Source of the DNA: Nitrosopumilus sp.
Lineage (GTDB): Archaea > Thermoproteota > Nitrososphaeria > Nitrososphaerales > Nitrosopumilaceae
Reading direction: 5' to 3'
Length of the DNA: 64,000 nt
NCBI GenBank assembly: GCA_965197525.1
Contig: OZ240211.1
Span: 992,001-1,056,000 of the forward strand
This document shows, piece by piece, positions 59,703-64,000 of this stretch. The position numbers were made by a program, and so were the translations under genes. The notes below the pieces were generated by a model. It did no database searches, was not told the DNA's origin, and was given only the letters and a program-made list of their open reading frames with translations. Each line of letters opens with the position of its first letter. The first letter of the stretch is position 1.

Positions 59703-60851
59703 ATGTCTCAACGCACAGATAATAAAATAAAGAAAAAAGTTGACGTGTCAACTACAAACAAGTTACTAGTAATCTGTATTGACAGGGATAACGATGTTGG
59801 AGAGAAGGCAGGAATTCTTACGCCGGTTATAGGCAGAGATGCATGTATTGAAGCAGCACAGAGATTAGCGTTAGAGGATCCAGAAGATGCAGATTCAAAT
59901 TCCATCTTTGCTGCAATAAAGACGTATGAGGATCTAATAAGCAAAGGATATCAGGTTGAAGTAAGTACAGTTGCGGGAGTTAAGAAACTAGGTGTACAGG
60001 CTGATGAAAAAATTCTAAACGAGATAAAAAAAATCTTGGAGATATTTTCTGCAGACGGTGCAATTATAGTTTCTGACGGGGAGAGCGATGAGAGCGTCAT
60101 TCCAGTGATTCAGAATGTTTTGCCGATAGTGTCTGTGCAACGTGTGGTGATAAAGGTAAACAGAAGTGTAGAGTATTCGTATGCAGTATTTGGAAAATAT
60201 CTAAAGATGCTTGTGTATGATTCTAAATATTCAAAATTCTTTTTAGGACTTCCGGGAATTCTTTTGTTGATAGGCGGGGTAGCTACAATATTTGGTTATA
60301 CTGCAGAAATATTTGCAGTGCTTGTGAGTATTTTAGGGGCAGCATTTTTGATCAGAGCATTTGATGTCGACAAGATATGGTCGCGATGGGCAAAGCCGAC
60401 ACCTATGGGTTTTGTTAGAATGTTTACAATGGTAGCAGGAGTGTTGTTGATTCTCTCATCAGTACCGTCAGGCGTTAATGCAATAGATACCAAACTATTA
60501 GAAGCAGATACAGAGTTGATTACAAAGATTACAGACCAGGTGATCATAGGACAGTTCGTTGCAGGGGCACTACCAATTTTATGGATGGGACTAGGTGCAA
60601 TATTTGCAGGAACTCTGCTCAGTAATTGGATTGGAGGAATTCCACGACAGATTAGCGATATTCTAAGAATCGTTGTATTGGTAGCGCTGTATCCTACTGT
60701 ATCACAGTTTACCAACATTATGATTTATGATGAGAACTCGTTTACCTTGGTTCCGCCACTACTAGCAGGATTGGCAATAACAATAGTTTCTGCCACGATT
60801 CTCTTCAAAAAGTACAGAAAACACAAGGATCAAGAGATGATTTCAGATTAG
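59703..60851 (+). CDS. DUF373 family membrane protein
   Basis: LVICIDRDNDVGEK, DPEDADSN, SDGESD. Confidence 0.88.
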   Translation: MSQRTDNKIKKKVDVSTTNKLLVICIDRDNDVGEKAGILTPVIGRDACIEAAQRLALEDPEDADSNSIFAAIKTYEDLISKGYQVEVSTVAGVKKLGVQADEKILNEIKKILEIFSADGAIIVSDGESDESVIPVIQNVLPIVSVQRVVIKVNRSVEYSYAVFGKYLKMLVYDSKYSKFFLGLPGILLLIGGVATIFGYTAEIFAVLVSILGAAFLIRAFDVDKIWSRWAKPTPMGFVRMFTMVAGVLLILSSVPSGVNAIDTKLLEADTELITKITDQVIIGQFVAGALPILWMGLGAIFAGTLLSNWIGGIPRQISDILRIVVLVALYPTVSQFTNIMIYDENSFTLVPPLLAGLAITIVSATILFKKYRKHKDQEMISD

Positions 60852-61016
60852 AACTAGTCTACGCCTGCCTGACAGACCGTACTAACAAGTATGTTTTGAG
60901 AATTTGTCTATAGTTAGCTGATCGCCTAGATGACATGAGGCCAGGTGGCCCATGCTGGAATCCATATCTGAAAAACACTGATAACTGATAGCTGTTAGAC
61001 AATATGATGATAAGAC

Positions 61017-61808
61017 GTGAACAAGATTAAAGATGCGGTATTTCAGTTATCAGGGCTCTATAAGATATATGGCAAAAGATTGGAGAGCGAGATTCAAAAC
61101 GGAGACATCCCAAACCATGTTGCATTAATTTTAGATGGAAACAGGAGATGGGCTAAGCGACATCTTGCCATGCCAAAAAACGGGCACTGGAAGGGAGCTG
61201 ATGCAGTGGAGAATCTCCTTGATTGGTGTGAGGAGTTTGACATTAAAATTATCACTCTTTATGCACTGTCTGCTGAGAACCTAAACAGAAAAGATGAAGA
61301 GTTGGAGTATCTTTATGAACTGATTCGTATGAGACTAGAGAAGCTATTCAATGATCCAAGAATCCACAAAAATAAGATGAGGGTCAAAGGCATAGGAAGA
61401 ATAGAACTGCTACCAGAATCAATTAAACAGATTCTAAAGCGGTTAGACGAGGTAACAAAAAATTATGACGGGCATTTTCTTAACATCGCACTAGCATATG
61501 GTGGACAGTACGAGTTAGTAGATGCCGTAAAGAAGATAGGAGAAAAGATAAAAGACGGATCGTTGAATGTAGAGGATATTAGCAAAAAAGAGATCGAGTT
61601 AAATCTATACACATCATATCTGCCACAATCTTCACCGGATATGATTTTGAGGACATCAGGAGAGAAGCGATTGAGCGGATTTCTCATGTGGCAGAGCGCA
61701 TACAGTGAGTTGATTTTTATGGATATTTTTTGGCCGGAATTTAGAAAAATAGATTTAATGAGGGCCATTAGAACATATCAAGAAAGAAAGAGAAGGTTGG
61801 GAAAATGA
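61017..61808 (+). CDS. uppS: Polyprenyl (undecaprenyl) diphosphate synthase
   Basis: HVALILDGNRRWA, RTSGEKRLSGF. Confidence 0.95.
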   Translation: MNKIKDAVFQLSGLYKIYGKRLESEIQNGDIPNHVALILDGNRRWAKRHLAMPKNGHWKGADAVENLLDWCEEFDIKIITLYALSAENLNRKDEELEYLYELIRMRLEKLFNDPRIHKNKMRVKGIGRIELLPESIKQILKRLDEVTKNYDGHFLNIALAYGGQYELVDAVKKIGEKIKDGSLNVEDISKKEIELNLYTSYLPQSSPDMILRTSGEKRLSGFLMWQSAYSELIFMDIFWPEFRKIDLMRAIRTYQERKRRLGK

Positions 61809-62233
61809 TTGAAGAGACATCTGCAGGAGTTGTGCTGTTTAGGACAGAAGGGACAAAGAAACTGTTTCTGTTGTTGCATTATCCATCAGGACATTGGGAT
61901 TTTGTAAAGGGAAAGATAGAAAAGGGAGAGACTTCGCGTCAGACGGCCATTAGAGAAACGCAAGAAGAGACAGGGATTACAGACATTGAATTTATAGAAG
62001 ATTTTGAGGAGTGGATCAAGTACGAATTTCAATATCAAGGGGAGTTAGTCTTCAAAAAGGTAGTATTCTTTTTAGCTGAAACAAAGAACAAAGACGTCAA
62101 AATCTCACACGAACACCTAGATTACGTCTGGGCAAGTTATAATCGGTCAATGAAGAGAACTACATTTGTCAATGCAAAGAAAGTGTTGACCAAAGCGCAG
62201 CAGACGCTACTTTCCAATGCTGGCCAGCTGTAA
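61805..62233 (+). CDS. NUDIX hydrolase, bis(5'-nucleosyl)-tetraphosphatase-like
   Basis: Nudix box GKIEKGETSRQTAIRETQEETG; SHEH. Confidence 0.9.
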   Translation: MIEETSAGVVLFRTEGTKKLFLLLHYPSGHWDFVKGKIEKGETSRQTAIRETQEETGITDIEFIEDFEEWIKYEFQYQGELVFKKVVFFLAETKNKDVKISHEHLDYVWASYNRSMKRTTFVNAKKVLTKAQQTLLSNAGQL

Positions 62234-62950
62234 CTGTTTTGCCACATCAACAGGACTATCAGAGTTTAGGATAGTTCTGCCAACTATCAGATAGTTGGTC
62301 CCAGAGGAGATGACTGCAGTTGCACTGCCGCCTTGAGTGCCTACGCCGGGTGAGTAGATGCTCAAACGCTTTTTTGATTTTTGGGAGCAGTATCGAATTA
62401 TGTCAGGGAACGTGGCTCCAACTATGATTCCGTCTGCTTTTGCGTCCAAAGCCCAGTCCAGAAATAGCTGGTATAGGTGCTGTCGTCGCTGATTTACCAT
62501 AATTTTCATATCGTAGGATAGTCTGGCCTCTGGTGCACTCATGTGACATAAAGTTACAACTCCTTTGCCGTGCCTGTGAGCAGACTTTACCAGATTCTTT
62601 AGACTATCAAGACCCATTATTGGATTTACAATTACAGCGTCAAATCCTAAATCCCACAGATGCTCTGTAGTTACCTTGTTTGTGTTTCCAATATCGTTTA
62701 GCTTGATATCAGCGATGGCCTGCAGCCCGTATCTGTGAGCTGTTTGAGTGATTTTGAGTATCTCTTTTTTACCTAATGGGAGCAAGAGATGAAAATTTAG
62801 TTTGATTCCACAAAGATACGGATGCAGCTGTTTGATATTCTGAATCGTCTTTTTTTGCAAATGTTCTACTGAAGCGTCGTAGTCATTGGCAAGAATGACT
62901 TTGCCGTTGGTCTTTGAGATGCGCGATAGTCGGGTCTTAAAATGAAGCAT
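62207..62950 (-). CDS. pyrF: Orotidine-5'-phosphate decarboxylase
   Basis: DIKLNDIGNT, PGVGTQGG, IVGR. Confidence 0.94.
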   Translation of the reverse strand: MLHFKTRLSRISKTNGKVILANDYDASVEHLQKKTIQNIKQLHPYLCGIKLNFHLLLPLGKKEILKITQTAHRYGLQAIADIKLNDIGNTNKVTTEHLWDLGFDAVIVNPIMGLDSLKNLVKSAHRHGKGVVTLCHMSAPEARLSYDMKIMVNQRRQHLYQLFLDWALDAKADGIIVGATFPDIIRYCSQKSKKRLSIYSPGVGTQGGSATAVISSGTNYLIVGRTILNSDSPVDVAKQLQLASIGK

Positions 62951-63075
62951 GATCAGCTAACAAACAAGTCTCTTTTAACTTTATTATTTTGATTAGGTAA
63001 TTGAAAAGCTCTTGAGATTGAACAGTATAATAAATTTGGTTTAAAGTATACAGATCAGGCGTTGTGAGGTCTTCT

Positions 63076-64000
63076 TCATCTTCTTCTATCAATGACATGA
63101 CTGATTTCAGGACCTGTTCCAATTATGGTAACAGGCAAGTTTAATCGGTTCTCAATATTCGCAATGAATGCTTTTGCATCATCAGCTAGTTCGTCAAATG
63201 CAGTTTTTTTGGCACAGTCTGGAAACAGTACATCCAATTTTGTCACTGCAATCTGGGTTGCACCATTAAGCATAATTGAACGTCTAGCCAGATCAAAGTC
63301 AAAGTCAGCAGCACGTCTCTGACGACCCGTAACGGTGCCAAACTCTGACCAACCCTTCTTCTCTGCATCCTCTAATGTCAGTTCGTTTGCAAGAGGGCCT
63401 GTTCCAACACGAGTAACATAAGACTTGAAGACGATTATAACCTCATCTACCCTAGTTGGTCCAAGTCCAATATCAGCGCATATTCCTGATGCTGTGACAT
63501 CTTTTGATGTCACATAGGGATATGTCCCGTGCCACAATGACAGAAACGTTCCCTGAGTACCCTCTACTAGGACAGATTCGTCATTATCAAGTGCGGTGTT
63601 TATCTCCAAGGGAACGTCAGTGACAAGCGACGATAATGAATCAAAGTCCTTTGCCAATCTCAAGACTCGCATGGCCCTATCGGCATTTGCAGGGCCCGTA
63701 CCTGAACCGGTGCTGCCAATCTTATTTTTTAACTCGCCCTTTGAGTCTCGTGACAGATGAGTCTCTTCAATGACTCCACAGTGCTTGTCAATAAACGAGC
63801 GTCCTGATACACCAAAATCTGAGATCTCTTTATTTAATACATCAGGATTGATGACAACGCCTGGTCCTATCATCACTTTGGAATCTTTGTTTAAAAATCC
63901 GCTTGGAAGCATTCGTACTTTGTATACAGTGTCACCATCCTTTATTGTATGTCCGGCATTGGGACCTGCGCCCCCGCGTACTATTATCTTTGGATTATCT
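63076..64000 (-). CDS. purA: Adenylosuccinate synthetase (5' end beyond the window)
   Basis: GPNAGHT upstream of the track start; EGTQG, GTYPYVTS, GTVTGRQRR, TKLD. Confidence 0.95.
   Translation of the reverse strand, partial: DNPKIIVRGGAGPNAGHTIKDGDTVYKVRMLPSGFLNKDSKVMIGPGVVINPDVLNKEISDFGVSGRSFIDKHCGVIEETHLSRDSKGELKNKIGSTGSGTGPANADRAMRVLRLAKDFDSLSSLVTDVPLEINTALDNDESVLVEGTQGTFLSLWHGTYPYVTSKDVTASGICADIGLGPTRVDEVIIVFKSYVTRVGTGPLANELTLEDAEKKGWSEFGTVTGRQRRAADFDFDLARRSIMLNGATQIAVTKLDVLFPDCAKKTAFDELADDAKAFIANIENRLNLPVTIIGTGPEISHVIDRRR

Noticed and set aside
60925-60975. Possible C/D-box sRNA between DUF373 and uppS
   Set aside because: C box is degenerate and no guide target could be identified by eye.
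295-63322. Numerous 60-170-aa antisense or overlapping ORFs in the track (for example 1117-1512, 10793-11269, 41476-41988, 53450-53950)
   Set aside because: They lie opposite or within well-supported genes and show no recognisable motifs.

Overview
Archaeal chromosomal DNA from an ammonia-oxidising thaumarchaeon (Nitrosopumilaceae-like). The evidence is the 3-hydroxypropionate/4-hydroxybutyrate-cycle gene pair, topoisomerase IB alongside topoisomerase VI, a CFI-box-CTERM surface protein, an RPC34-like protein and rps30e. Most of the window is housekeeping genes plus tRNA-Ser(GCT) and an intron-containing tRNA-Met(CAT). Long AT-rich ORF-free gaps, microsatellites and repeat expansions inside essential genes suggest a host-associated, eroding genome (inference). 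The main discovery is two unrelated, catalytically intact TnpB (RNA-guided nuclease) genes. Neither shows IS200/IS605-type ends or a tnpA gene. Each is the sole cargo of an element bounded by terminal inverted repeats (TIRs) and an 8-bp target-site duplication (TSD), which is the signature of DDE transposition: 252-1531 has IS6-type GGTTCTGT ends and 37182-38818 has GG(T/G)AATTA ends. In the first element the right TIR appears built into the predicted omega-RNA fold (terminal stem plus pseudoknot), which would make the TSD and flank the guide. Other accessory items are a higher-GC wHTH-HNH nuclease followed by a 38-bp repeat/35-bp hairpin spacer unit, and a large histone-H1-like repeat array in the RPC34-like protein. 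All product calls come from motif recognition; no database searches or folding programs were run.
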